A stretch of 64,000 nt of DNA from Gracilinanus agilis (GCF_016433145.1 NC_058130.1:90590655-90654654), one strand, 5' to 3'; shown: positions 11,495 through 23,872, counted from the stretch's first letter. Program-made: numbers and translations. Notes: a model not told the origin generated them from the sequence alone.

Positions 11495-12752
11495 ATGGAA
11501 TCTATCAAGAAAGCAAGGGGGTTCCACATTACCAGGAACCAAGTCCTGTTCCCTGAATCCCCAGTCATCTGAAGAGTAGCTCATGGTGTCCAGCTGAGAT
11601 GGCCACAGCCCCAGGTGCCAGTCTTTGTAAGTTGTAAGTCCCAAACTAGAGTCCGTCCTGAGAGTCAAAGCCCATTCTCCTGTCCTCTGGCAGCAGTCTA
11701 AGAGTAGCTACTGAAACCAGATTATGGGGCAATGACTCCAACTGGGCCTAAACTCAATGGGTGCAAGATGGGAGGTAAAGCTACCCCAGGCAGCACTGAA
11801 ATACCCTAGTTACCAACCTGGGGTCAATGGGAAGGATGGACCTATGAGCACAAGGGTCTTTGTGGTGTAAGCAGGGAAGTTGGGATCAATTTTATACCTG
11901 GATACCCATCCCAATGGTAGCATTCAAGAGGCCTCCACAATGAGATCCCCAAGGGTTATGTCTAGTCTTATGAAATTGCTACCACCACTATGCCCATTCT
12001 GGTCAAGGGTAAAACCTACCAGGATCACACCCAGCAGCAATACATGTGGGTAGTTGCTCCCAAGAACCTCCCTATGAAGGATAAGGAAATTAAGGAATTA
12101 GCCAGAGTCCTTACTGGTCAGAGTATAGTCAACTCTGGCTAAAAGAAATAGTCCACTGCTGTTGGAGATAATAGACAAGTCAACTTTGCCATACACGTTC
12201 ATGGAACACCCAATTTAAGGTCAGGCTAGGAACCTGATGCTAATTAGTGCCAGTCCTACCATAAGCCAAGACTACTTCTACTGGTTTAGGACAAATAAAA
12301 TAACAAGGCAGTACCTGGAGAGGCAGGCTTATGTTGTCCTTAGATGTTGCCCATGATACCTACACCAACGTCATTGGTATCCATGGTAATGCCTATGACA
12401 GCTGCTCCAGGGGTGTCCATGACATTGCCCATGATAATGTCCAAGGTAGGATGTTCACCCCTAAAGAGCCTCCAACCACATTGGGGAGAGAGTTTATATA
12501 CTCTCATCCCAACTACAACTTTCTTTCCAGTGGAGCCAAAACCATCAAGAAGTCCAACATCAAAAATCCAAGCTCCACTTACTCCCAAAATCTGAACCCA
12601 AAAGTCATTTTTGCCATCACCCCCACCAAGGCTGGGCAGGACGACAAAGACATAGACATTTGCATGGTATCTACTAATGAAGAATTTATTCAGGGCTCCA
12701 ACTCTGAGAACCAGGCCATCTGCATTAAAGACAAAAAAGTCTCCATTACCCC
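11495..12752 (+). pseudogene. Probable decayed 5' part of the ancestral ACTL11 reading frame
   Basis: Kozak gccATGG at 11495, repeat-free sequence with coding-like composition, and broken open runs (11736-12050 with one TAA in the main-ORF frame; 11966-12139; 12304-12858; 12344-12595). Stops occur in all three frames. Confidence 0.45.
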
Positions 12753-15086
12753 ATGGCCACATGCAGCATGGATGGCCAGGAGCTCTGCTCTAATCAACCC
12801 AGTCAATTTCAGGCTTCCTATACCCTGGGCTCCTACCAGCCAAACAAGAAGGGCATGATATTAGGCATATGCACTAGTCAAGCCAAATTTGGGGTTGTTT
12901 GTGAGGGAACTAACTTCCATGGGGAGGCTCACTGCAAGGAGACCCACAGGAGCCTTCCTCTAGAGGCACAGCCCTTCTACATCATGGACAAAGTGGTCTG
13001 TCCTCAATCTCCAGCTACCCTGACCACTAACTCCCAGAAGGTTGAATGTCCTAGCAAAGACCAATCTTGGGCTACCAGAACAAGTCCCTCCCAAACATCT
13101 AAGATCAGAGACAGGGAAATCTTAAAGTCAATCACAAGAAACAACAATGCAGACCTGGAAGAGAGGGGCAAGTCTAAAAACCCTGTGTCCACAAAAATTG
13201 GACTGCTTAGTGGTGCTATACCCCTGGAGCCAATCTGCTTTGTTGGGCAAAATATTCTAACCAAACAGAAGGAAATCCACTGGCCCCAGGCAGCACCAGA
13301 CAAGGGTAATCCTACATCTTCCTGGGCCATATTATCATCAGACATCTCCAAGAGTTTATCAACTAAGGATCCCAGCTACGGTACCACATATGATAGCCAA
13401 TGCCAGGAATCATTCTCCTACAGTTCAAATAAAGAGGAAGGGAACATGGTCTCTTTCAGTGAGATCAGTACATCAGAGAGTATTTCTAATATAGCTGAAG
13501 TCTCCAGAAAAATCAATACTGAGACTGTCCTAACTGATCCCCAACTTATCAAGGAATTAACTGCACCTATGATGATCAACGTAGGTGATATCCAATCTTC
13601 AATGGAAAATAAAAACTCATCTGTGCCTCTACCCACTCATGTAGGTGTATCAAAGGTGCCCCTTTCATCAGGAATCTCTTTCTATACTGGAAAGCATGGG
13701 ACATCTCAGGTCATGGCAAGCCAGAATACTAACACTAAGCCGACTCAGAATGTGGCCGGCAATGTCAGCTATGGAAAATCCACCACTAAGACTCTGCCAT
13801 TTAACACCTACTGCCGACCTGGTGTCACTTACAAGATATTGCCCATGACTGAGGTGGAAAAGGGGCCTCATTGTGTAAAATATTCCCTCACAGAGTCAAG
13901 TGAAAACCACTCAATGGGCAAACACTTTGGGGCTTTCCAAGGATCCCATCATGAGCTAGTCTCCACCGCTGATTTCCAAGAGCGCCCCCCTGCCCAAATG
14001 ACCTCAAGCCACACAACAGCCTCCTTCAAAAACTTGGCTGCTGTGGTGATAGACACAGGAACAGGCTACAGCAAGTGTGGTTTGGCGGGGGAGGATCGGA
14101 CTCGGGCTGTAGTGCCTACCCGGGTGGGGAGACACCTGAACTCTGAAGGGGACAAAACCCCCTACTATATCACAGAGGATGCAGAGGCAGCTTGCTCTAC
14201 ACTGATCCGTGGGGTGGTCACTGACTGGGATGCCCTAGAAGTCCTCTGGAATCACATCTTCTATAGCAAATTGTGTGTGGAGCCTGAAGAATTAGCTGTA
14301 CTGGTGGCTGATTCACCGGTCTCCCCTCGTACCAATCGTGAGAAGGTAGTTGAGCTCTTGTTTGAAAATTTTGGGGTACCTGCCATGCAAACTGTCCATC
14401 AGGCATTACTCACCCTCTATGCCTATGGGCGCACCACAGGACTGGTCATGGGCAGTGGGCATGGCACTTCCTATGTGGCTCCCATTATTACAGGTGAACT
14501 GGCACCGCTGAACCTTTACCGACTAGACGTGGCTGGGAAAGACCTCTCTGAATACCTCTCCCAGCTACTTTTGGCTGGTGGGCAGCCACCACCTAAGATC
14601 GATGTTCTGACCCATATGAAGGAGACCTGCTGTTATGTGACCCTCGACATGGTCTCTGAACTCTGCCAACCAGAGAGCAAGAACCGGCTTGACTTTGTCC
14701 TTCCAGACAAGCATGTCCTCTCCCTTGGGGCTGAACGGTTCCGCTGCCCTGAGGCCTTGTTTAAGCCTGATGTCCTGGGCCTGGATCAGCCCAGTCTACC
14801 TGGACTGGCCCAGATTAGCATTAGCCAACTGGAGCCACACTTGCAAGAACAACTGTTGGCTAATGTGGTTCTGGAAGGTGGGACCACTCTGCTCAATGGT
14901 TTCTCTGAAAGGGTCCAGCAAGAACTAGGGTCCACAGCAAACGTCTTATCCTTGCCTCATCGTGCCATGGCTGCCTGGCTAGGAGGTTCCATCATGGCCT
15001 CCCTTGATTCCTTCCAGACTCTCTGGTTGAGCAGAGGGGAATACCAGGAAGAGGGCTCGTGGGCCATCTATAAGTATCACCTTTGA
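12753..15086 (+). CDS. ACTL11: Intronless actin-like protein (ACTL11 orthologue), 777 aa: ~428-aa Ser/Thr-rich N-terminal extension plus actin fold (~14037-15083)
   Basis: Uninterrupted 2334-nt ORF. Actin motifs VVIDTGTG, NREKVVELLFENFGVPA, GAERFRCPEALF, VVLEGGTT and AAWLGGSIMASL. The single exon and position just upstream of CAMKV match mouse Actl11 / human ACTL11P (recalled synteny). Start codon uncertain: 12753 or the stronger-Kozak ATG at 12768. Confidence 0.85.
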   Translation: MATCSMDGQELCSNQPSQFQASYTLGSYQPNKKGMILGICTSQAKFGVVCEGTNFHGEAHCKETHRSLPLEAQPFYIMDKVVCPQSPATLTTNSQKVECPSKDQSWATRTSPSQTSKIRDREILKSITRNNNADLEERGKSKNPVSTKIGLLSGAIPLEPICFVGQNILTKQKEIHWPQAAPDKGNPTSSWAILSSDISKSLSTKDPSYGTTYDSQCQESFSYSSNKEEGNMVSFSEISTSESISNIAEVSRKINTETVLTDPQLIKELTAPMMINVGDIQSSMENKNSSVPLPTHVGVSKVPLSSGISFYTGKHGTSQVMASQNTNTKPTQNVAGNVSYGKSTTKTLPFNTYCRPGVTYKILPMTEVEKGPHCVKYSLTESSENHSMGKHFGAFQGSHHELVSTADFQERPPAQMTSSHTTASFKNLAAVVIDTGTGYSKCGLAGEDRTRAVVPTRVGRHLNSEGDKTPYYITEDAEAACSTLIRGVVTDWDALEVLWNHIFYSKLCVEPEELAVLVADSPVSPRTNREKVVELLFENFGVPAMQTVHQALLTLYAYGRTTGLVMGSGHGTSYVAPIITGELAPLNLYRLDVAGKDLSEYLSQLLLAGGQPPPKIDVLTHMKETCCYVTLDMVSELCQPESKNRLDFVLPDKHVLSLGAERFRCPEALFKPDVLGLDQPSLPGLAQISISQLEPHLQEQLLANVVLEGGTTLLNGFSERVQQELGSTANVLSLPHRAMAAWLGGSIMASLDSFQTLWLSRGEYQEEGSWAIYKYHL

Positions 15087-15098
15087 TAGTCATGGGAG

Positions 15099-15104
15099 CA
15101 TAAA
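15099..15104 (+). terminator. Possible variant poly(A) signal CATAAA of the actin-like gene
   Basis: 12 nt after the stop and followed by GT/T-rich sequence; no AATAAA nearby. Confidence 0.35.
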
Positions 15105-18100
15105 GTTACTCTGGGAGTCAAAGAGGACTCTGGGTCTCTGGGTTTCTCTTGGGGTCAAAGGATTCCAGGGTGGGGGGACAGGGCTTCAAGACACATAATG
15201 GCATGACTTTGCTACCAAGTGCTCCGACCATACCGGACAGAGGATCTTCTCTTCTTTTCCCTAACTTGCTTGTGATATACTTTCCCCAACTCTATTCCAT
15301 CCTCTCCATCTGGACTCATCCTCCAATCCCTACCAGATGTGAGAGGAAAGATAGGGTCTTACCATCAAACCTGGTATCTTCAGTCCTTTGGGAAAGTATG
15401 ATTCCCCCCCACACCCAACACATTCCTAGCAGACTGGGTTTCCTCTACAGCTCCTGATTTGGGGTCACAAAGGGGCTGGTGCCTTGCAAGAAATGCAAAT
15501 CTGTCTTCTTCCCCCTAAAGAACAACCGACCGGGACCTTTAGGGCCCAAGGAGCTGCTTCTTCTCTGGGATTTGCCCCCGTTGCCCAGGCGACCAGCACA
15601 ATTACCCTTGATTGCCAGCTTGTTGCTATGGAGATTTCAAACACAAAGTAATAACCCACACAGCATGCCAAATGACTCATAGCTGGGGGGTGGGGACAGA
15701 GGGAGAGGATCCTTCCTTTCTGATGGCATGCAGGATTGTGGGGGAGGTCCCCAAGCTTTTCACCCCTCCAGATCTAGAGAACATGGCTACATTCTCAAAA
15801 CACCAAAGAGCTCCAACCCAGAATCTAGCCAGTCAGCCAAGGGACCATGACCCAGCTTCCTTCCTGCAAGAACTTCTGCCATAGCTCTATTCAGAACCAT
15901 ACAAGACTTCATTGGCCCGGAGGCAGTAAATCATGAAGAATTCATGTTGAGGGATAAGTAGGGATAAGGGGGAGCCATGGGAGGAAGAGTGGGTGAGTGT
16001 GGCTCCTCCCAGGTCAGCACACTTTAGGGATATTTAATCAATGTGTGGAAGGGGCAAATGAAAAAGCAAAGGTGGTAAATAAATACCAAAGGACAGAACC
16101 AGAAAATGTGGGTAAATAACAATAAAATGGGGACAAATATCAGGGAATTGGAGTGGAATGTATTAAAGCAGATTAATCGTGTCAAGTATGAGCAATGGGA
16201 TCAAATTATGAGAAAAAAGGTGCGAATACCAAAAAGTTGGATAAAAATGCCCCAAACCAAAGTAACTGGCAAATGTTAGAGTGGGAGCAAATAGCAGGGA
16301 ATAGGGGTAAATACTAAGACATGAAGAGTAAATAAGGGTAAATTGAGTAACACAGAATTGAGTAAATATAGGGGGTGGAACATAAAGGAAGCAAGAAATT
16401 GGGGCAGAGTAGGAGAAAATACCAGGGAATTAAGAGTAAAATACCAGAGGAAGACCTAGGTTCAAATCCTGCCTCCTTTACTTAAATATTTGTGTGACCC
16501 TCGTAAAGTCATTTAACTTTTGTACTTCTATTGGCCCATCTGTAATACTGGATTCGGTGGCCTCCCCAGTCTCTTCCAGCTTTGAATCTAAGAACCTAGA
16601 AATGGGGCAGTAAACAACATTGAATGAAAGAGTAAATGGCAAATATCAAAGACTGAGTGACAAGAGCAGGAGCAAAGGCTTTTCTCTTAAGTTCTCTTAT
16701 GTTTCCAAAACACCAGGCCCAGACAGTGGGAGATTTTAAAGGTTCTTTTGTGAGTGTGTACTTAGGACCAGCCATAAGTTCAAACATAGGGTCATGCTTG
16801 CAACTCTTTCCTAAGACTAGGCACAGACCATCCTCACAGAGAGGACTGCTCCTCTCCCTGTCAGATCTCCCTGCCCTCCATTTTGAAGGACCCCTGGGAA
16901 AAGGACATCTACCTCCTCTTACTACTTGCAGGAGGACAGAGGGGAAATCTCTTTTCTAAGAGACAAGCAGAGATTGAGCTGATTATGCAAATCCCAGCAA
17001 AGAGCTGGGATAACGCATCTGTAAACCTGGGCAAGTTTTGAAAATGGTGCCCCCCACTCTGTACATTATTGCCCTTCCCCCAATCTGCCACCATCAGAAG
17101 CTTTGAACTTGCATGATTAACATACAACTCTACCTAGCACAAAATAAATATGTGCCCTGAAGAGAGGAAGGTTCGGGCATTAAACATATATGCTTTTATT
17201 AAATAACACTTTTAAAAATTTTCCTTGCCATATACATATTCTCTTCTGTGCTGTGCTCTGAATGTCTGCCCACCTTACTTATACACCTAGAAGCCAGGCC
17301 CCTGGAAGTTCAGACCTAACTCATTGCCTAACTCCAGGCAAATCCATTTCTCTCCCTTTGGGGATCAGTTTCCCCATGTGTAAAATGTAGAAGTTAAACT
17401 ATATAAATTTTTAATTTTTTTCTATAGCTAATATTATTTGAAATCAAGAGGCAGCTAGGTGGCCCAGTAGATAAAGTGTCAGGCCCGGTCAGGAAAAACC
17501 CAAGTTCAAATCCAGCCTCAAACACTTCCCAGCTATGTAACCCTAGGCAAGTCACATAACCCGTTTGCCTCAGTTTCCTCACCATCCTGGAGAAGGAAAA
17601 GGCAAACCACTCCAGTATCTTGCCAAGAAATCCCTAAAAGGGGTCATGAAGCACTGAGCAACAACATGAAATCAAGAAGCCCATTCATGTTATTCCCCTC
17701 CATGTACTCTTCAATCTATCCATACTGACTAGCTTCACCATTTCTCACACAAGATTCTCCAACTCCCATCTCTGAGCTTTTGAACATGGTCATCCCCCAT
17801 GGTAGAATTCTGTCTCTCCTCATCTTTCCCCTCTTAAAAGCAATAGCTTCCTTCAAAACTCAACTAAAACATTACCTTTTTTTAAACCCTTACCTGCTAT
17901 CTTAGAATCAATACTGTGTATTGGTTCCAAGGCAGAAGAGTGGTAAAGGCTGGGCAATGGGGGGATGTGACTTGCCCAGGGTCACACAGCTGGGAAATGC
18001 CTGAGGCTAGATTTGAAACTAGGACTTCTGGCTCTCTAGGCCTGGCTCTCAATCCACCGAGCCACTCAGCTGCCCCAAAACATTATGTTCTGCAGGAGGA

Positions 18101-21100
18101 TTTTCCAGTCCCCCCACCCCTATGCTGTTAATGCTTTCCTCTCTAAGGTTACTTTCCATCTACTTTGTACACATCTTGTATTTATTTACATGTTGTCCCT
18201 GTATCTGGTAATTGTCCACATTATAGTGGAATTGTTGAGTTGTCCTGCAGGGCAGGGACTGGTTTGGCTTTTTCTTCATATCCCCAAGTGCTTAGCATGG
18301 TGCCTGGAACATAGTAAATGCTTACTTAACAAAAGTCTGCTTTATTGATTCATTAAGGTATATATGACTAAATAGTAGGGCCTTTTCCTGAGAAATGTTA
18401 TTGGAGAGGGAAGCAGACAGAACACAAATTCATTGTATGACTGAAAGGAGAAAAAAGAGGACTGTATCAACCCAGACCTAGGAAAGAAAGGCACACCTTG
18501 GAGCTCTTGAGAATACGCTTTTCAATTTTAATATAGAAAATGAGATCTATTCTAACTGCAGGTCAAGCAATAGAGGTGATGGGGACTGTATTCATTACCT
18601 GACACATAATAGATAGTTAAATACTTTTCAAGTGAAGTTAGGAATGGTCAAATGCAGGATCCTTCGATTCCTTCAGAAGTTGGAGCTGGCTGCCTGGCAA
18701 ATGGAAAGAAAGTCATCCTCTCCTGGGTTAAAGAGGCTTCTTGATAAATACCTAGAGAGGATTACTGGGAAACAAGGTTGGTGCCTTCCTAAAGCCAGGC
18801 AATGAAGGATGGTGTGTATTTATTTTTTATTTTTATTTTTTAGAACCCTTACTTTCTGCCTTAGTATCAATTCTAAGAAGAGTGGCAAAGGCTGGGCAAT
18901 GGGAGTTAAGTGACTTACCTAGGGTTATACAGCTAGGAAATGTCTGAGGCCAGATTTGAACCACATCCTCCCAACTCCAGAGCTAGCACTCTATCCACTG
19001 GGCTACCTAGCTGCACTGAGGACCATAGGCTTTAGAATTGGAAGGAAACTAAGAGATAATTTAATCCAGCTCCTCCATGAGAGATGAGGAAACAGGCTCA
19101 GACATGCAAGCTAAATTTCCCAAGGTCACACAGAGAATAAATAGCAGAGCAAGATTCAAACCCAAGGCTTTTGCCCAGCCATGCCCAGGCTAGAGCGAGA
19201 GCATAGAGTTCTCATATCCTCTTATTTGACAGCGAAGAATCCAGCTGTGGAGTGATGGGTGCCCAGACCATAAGACCTGAGAGTGGAACTGAAGTGGAAC
19301 TTCAGCCTTCTTCCTGAAACACTCTTACCAGAATTCCCTGCTTTCTCAGTGGTTAAATTCTGGAGAGGCCCTTGTTTTCATATCCCTTCAGTTCAGGGCT
19401 GCTTGGGTGGTAGTTATGGCAACACTGACTTGCAGTCTTCATCCCCTAAGCCCTTCTCTCCTCTCCCTGTCCAATTCAACAAGAAGCTTCCAAACATGCG
19501 GTATTTTAGTTCTCTTAAGCCGTGACTGGTCAGACCTTCTATCTCTGCTCTGTCCCCCAGCCCCCAAGAGCTTAAAACAGTTTTATTCACTTGGTTCTTG
19601 CTGACCTCTGGGCCCCACCCAAGTTCTAAGAGGGAAAGCCCAATTTCCTGATAGTCGAGCTGCTCCTGTAACCTTAGATAATTTGACATATCAGTCATGC
19701 TTTGTCCTTTTCCCTCTCCTGCACAAACTAGAACTAAACCCAAGGTCCCTGGAATTAGTCCTCATTTATGATGTGAATGCGCGTGTCTTAGAGATGGGGA
19801 AGGGACAGCCTTGGGGATTTATTTGTGCGTGCAGTCATGCACATACAGAAGTGCACTTTCAACTGGATGCCCAGGGAGCCAGAGAGAAGCAGGCACACGT
19901 ACACATACTCGTGCCCTCACAGGCATGATGGCACATAGATATATCAAGGGTCAACACTCACTGCATGCCTATTGTGTGCAGATTCTCCACATATATCTAT
20001 TCATATTTCTAGAAATGTGTCCTCATGTCTTCCCCCTTTTGATCTCTGAGAAACTAAATAAGGGCAGCCTTGACAGAGTGCCTCCACTTAAGTCTTCTCT
20101 AACCCAGTTGAGCCCCCAAATCCTGGCTTCTTCCCTGTCTCTCTCTTTCCTATGGACAACAGCAAGGTAGCTGGGAGAGAATGTGCCAAACTAAGCACAA
20201 AAAGCCAATGTCTACCAGAGAATATCCTCTATGTGTATTCAGTGTGAAGATGGTCAATCCTATTCACACATACACAAAATCACCACATTGTTGTCATTAG
20301 TAGCAACATGCCATAGTAGCCAGAAAGTTGGATTTGGAGTCTGCTCAGACTCTTACTAGCTGTGTGATCATGGATAAGTCACTAAATCTCTCATCTTCAT
20401 TTTACTTATCTGTAAAACTTGGGCTTAGGGGCAATTAGATAGTTCAGTGATTTCAGATCCAGGCCTAGAGACAGGAGGTCCTGGATTCAAATCAGGCCTC
20501 AGATATTTTCTAGCTATGGGACCCAGGACAAGTCACTTAATGCCCATTGCCTAGCCTTTGCCACTCTTTTGCCCTGGAACCAATACACATTATTGGGGAG
20601 GGAAGGCTTTAGAAAAACAAACTTGTACTACCTGCCTTATAGGGTTGTTGTGAATACTCATCATTCAGTTCTTTAAGAGTTTATTCACTAGAACAGTGGA
20701 AGACACTGTATATACAGACAAAAACAAAACCATCCTTGATCTCAAGGAACTTACATTCAACTGGGGGGAGAGAAACAACATATAAATATATAAGTAAATG
20801 CAAAATAGAAAGAAAGTACTTTGGTAGATATAGGGGGCACATAACTAAGGGATTCAGAAAGACCTCATAAAAGATAGGACTTGGCCTGAATCTTGAAGAG
20901 AGCTAGGGATTCCAGAAATTGAAGGTAAGAAGGAAAAGCATTTTATGATGGAGGACAACTTATACAAAAGTGGGAGAAAGAATGTCATACATGAGGCACA
21001 GTAACAATTTGATTTTAACATGAAGCAGTGGGAAAAGGAATGTGAAATCAGAGGAGGTGTTTGTATTTTGTCCTAGTGGCAATGGGGAATTACTGAAGTT

Positions 21101-21222
21101 TCTTAAATAGTCATGATGTGGTCAGACCTGTGACTGATGTATGTCAATTTGATAACTGGGAGAAAGATGAATTTGAGATAGGAGAAACTAATGAATGCTG
21201 GGGAAGCAATCAAGAGAGGAGA

Positions 21223-22195
21223 GGTTCCCCAATTGATAAATGGGGAAGGGGCATGAATAGGTAGTTTTCAGATAAAGAAATCAAAACTATCAATAAGTGC
21301 ATGAAAAAGTGTTTAAAGGTCTCATGATTAGAGAAAGGCAAATCAAAACAACTCTGAGGTACCACCTCACACCTAGCAAACTGGCCAATATGACAGCAAA
21401 GGAAAGTAATAAATGTTGGCGAGGATGTGGCAAAATTGGGACACTAATACATTGCTGGTGGAATTGTGAATTGATCCAACCATTCTGGAAGGCAATTTGG
21501 AACTATGTGCAAAGGGTTTTAAATGACTGCCTGCCCTTTGATCCAACCATACCACCACTGGATTTATACCCCTAAAGAGATAATAGGAAAAAATATGTAC
21601 AAAAATATTCATAGTAATGTTCTTTGTGGTAGCAAAAAACTGGAATATGAAGGGATATCCATCGATTGGGGAATGGCTGATCAAATTGTGGCATCTGATG
21701 GTGATGGAATACTATTGTGTTCAAAGGAATAATGAACTGGAGGAATTCCATGTGAACTGGAATGACCGCCAGGAATTGATGCAGAGTGAAAGGAGCAGAA
21801 CCAGGAGAACATTATACTCAGAGATGGATACACTGTGGCACAATCTAATCTACTAGCAGCAATGCAATGATCCAAGACAACTCTGAGAGACTTATGAGAA
21901 AGAACGCTATCCACATCCAGAGAAAGAACTGTGGGAATAGAAACACAGAAGAAAAACATATGATTGCTCACATGGTTCGATGGCGATATGATTGGGGATG
22001 TTGATTTTAAATGATCACTCTATTGCAAATATTAATAATATGCAAATAGGTTTTGAACAATGATATATGTAAAACCCAGTGAAATTGCTCGTCAGCTCTA
22101 GGAGGAGGGAGAAAGGAGGGGAAGAAAAGAACATGAATAATGTAACTCTGGGAAAATATTCTAAATAAATAAATTAAATGTTTAAATTTTTAAAA
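21223..22195 (+). mobile_element. 5'-truncated L1 (ORF2 C-terminus plus 3' UTR) inserted in an older L2-like fragment
   Basis: IKTTLRYHLTP...CWRGCGKIGTLIHCWW Cys-rich domain, A-rich tail, 11-bp TSD AAGAGAGGAGA at 21212-21222 and 22196-22206. Confidence 0.92.
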
Positions 22196-23851
22196 AAGAG
22201 AGGAGAAGTGAGAAAGAACTGAATTTGGGCAGTGGCTGTGTGAATGTGTAGAAGCAAACAGATACAGGAGATATTGTGGAAATAGATTGAGCAAAACATG
22301 GCAGTTAATTAGATCTGAAGGATGAGCAAGAATAAAGAGTTACAGATGATTCCTATATTGTGAAGCTGAGTGATTAGAAGGATGGGTGGTGCCCTTGAAA
22401 GAAAAAGGAAAGTTATATATAACTATATTTATGTGCATTGTTATGGCAGGTCATCTGTGCTTGTCAAGGACAGCAAACTAGAAACCAAAAGAACTTCCTT
22501 GGTAACATTTAATGAAAATGAAGTTAGTTTTCAATTACCTGCATGTGGATTATCTGAATAACACAGACTCTCCTCTCTGGGCACTTGCAAACTCATAGAA
22601 GGAAAGACATATGCAAATAACTTTTATATAAGGTAGAATTAAAAGAGCAAAAGAGAGATCTAGGCAAAGTGATGAGAATTTTAAGAATAGATCCCACTGG
22701 GCCACCTTCCTCTGCCATCAGTCTCTGTGAGACCAAGAAAGACATGCACTTTGTAACATTAGTTAGAATCAGACAGGATGGGGAAGATGTATCTACTTCC
22801 TTTCAAATTGTTTAAAGCATTCTGAAGCCAAAAGAAGTGTTTCAGAGGATTATATGATTCCATGAATAATCAGCATCCTGAATTTTCTCTTATTGGAAAA
22901 TTGAGATCTGGTTGTATTTATTCAGTGTATATATCTAGTATGGTTCATAACCCTCCCCCAAAGCAGAGATGGTGTCCAGGATTCTGGATCATGTGACAGC
23001 ATTGGTGACCAGTGATACAAGTGACCTTGGACACAGGATAGGATGAAGAAATCAGGGAGATATATAGAGATCATAGCAACATCTCTCTCCCCACATTATA
23101 CTTTAGTTATGCTCCGATCTGCCTGGAGATAAAGAGGTGGATTAGATAACTTACATAAGGGCCTTTAAACAGCAGGCTTCAGTCTCTTCACACCAGAGAA
23201 CTGGCCTTCCATATTCCCACCTCTGGTTTTTCTTCTCCCTAGAATGCCCTATCCCTTTCCTTCTAAATTCTATCTGTGCTTCAGGGCCTGGCTCAAATCA
23301 CAGACTCCTCAATAAAGGCTTCCTAGACCACTCCAGTCTACAATGATCTCTCCCTTTGATGAAATTTTACAGTCTTCACTTTCTGTAAGACTTATGAGGC
23401 ACTGAGCATACAAGGTTTGGTATTACCCCTAATCTTGTTTTGTCTTGCTACTGAGAAAGGCACTGACCTCTTGTTTACCTGAATCCTCCATGGCTGGGAA
23501 CCTAGATCAAAGTACATGTCTAGTAAAAGCTTATTGATTGATTAATCATTGGAAATGAAAGTCATCCTAAAGTCTTAATGTAGTTTTAAGCTATTAGAAC
23601 CTAAATCTATTTTTTTTAGAACCCAAACCTTAAAGCTTCTACTCGCCCTAAGACTTTTGGGACACAGTGTAGAACACACTCTTTACCATAATTTAAAATA
23701 TTTTTTTTAACTTGGAAAATTAGTGCCATACCAGGGAGTCAGATTTCTGTGCGCTGTGGTCACACCATCTGAATCCTCAACAGGGCCCAAGGCAAGAAAC
23801 CCAAGGGGGAAAAAAGCAGTTGAAAAGGTGGCAGGCACTGAGAGTGCCTGC

Positions 23852-23872
23852 GGAGCTGTCCAAAGTGCTGAA
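23852..23872 (-). promoter_or_regulatory. RE1/NRSE (REST) site upstream of CAMKV
   Basis: Minus strand reads TTCAGCACTTTGGACAGCTCC versus consensus TTCAGCACCACGGACAGCGCC (17/21, canonical spacing), ~1 kb upstream of the CAMKV CpG island. Confidence 0.75.

Noticed and set aside
11700-12300. Possible continuation of the ERV (protease/RT-like reading)
   Set aside because: No SP(W/F)NSP, LPQG or YxDD motifs on either strand, and the order relative to the pol fragment is wrong.
12340-13871. Several antisense and alternative-frame ORFs over the ACTL11 region
   Set aside because: Shadow ORFs of the coding or decayed-coding strand with no independent support.
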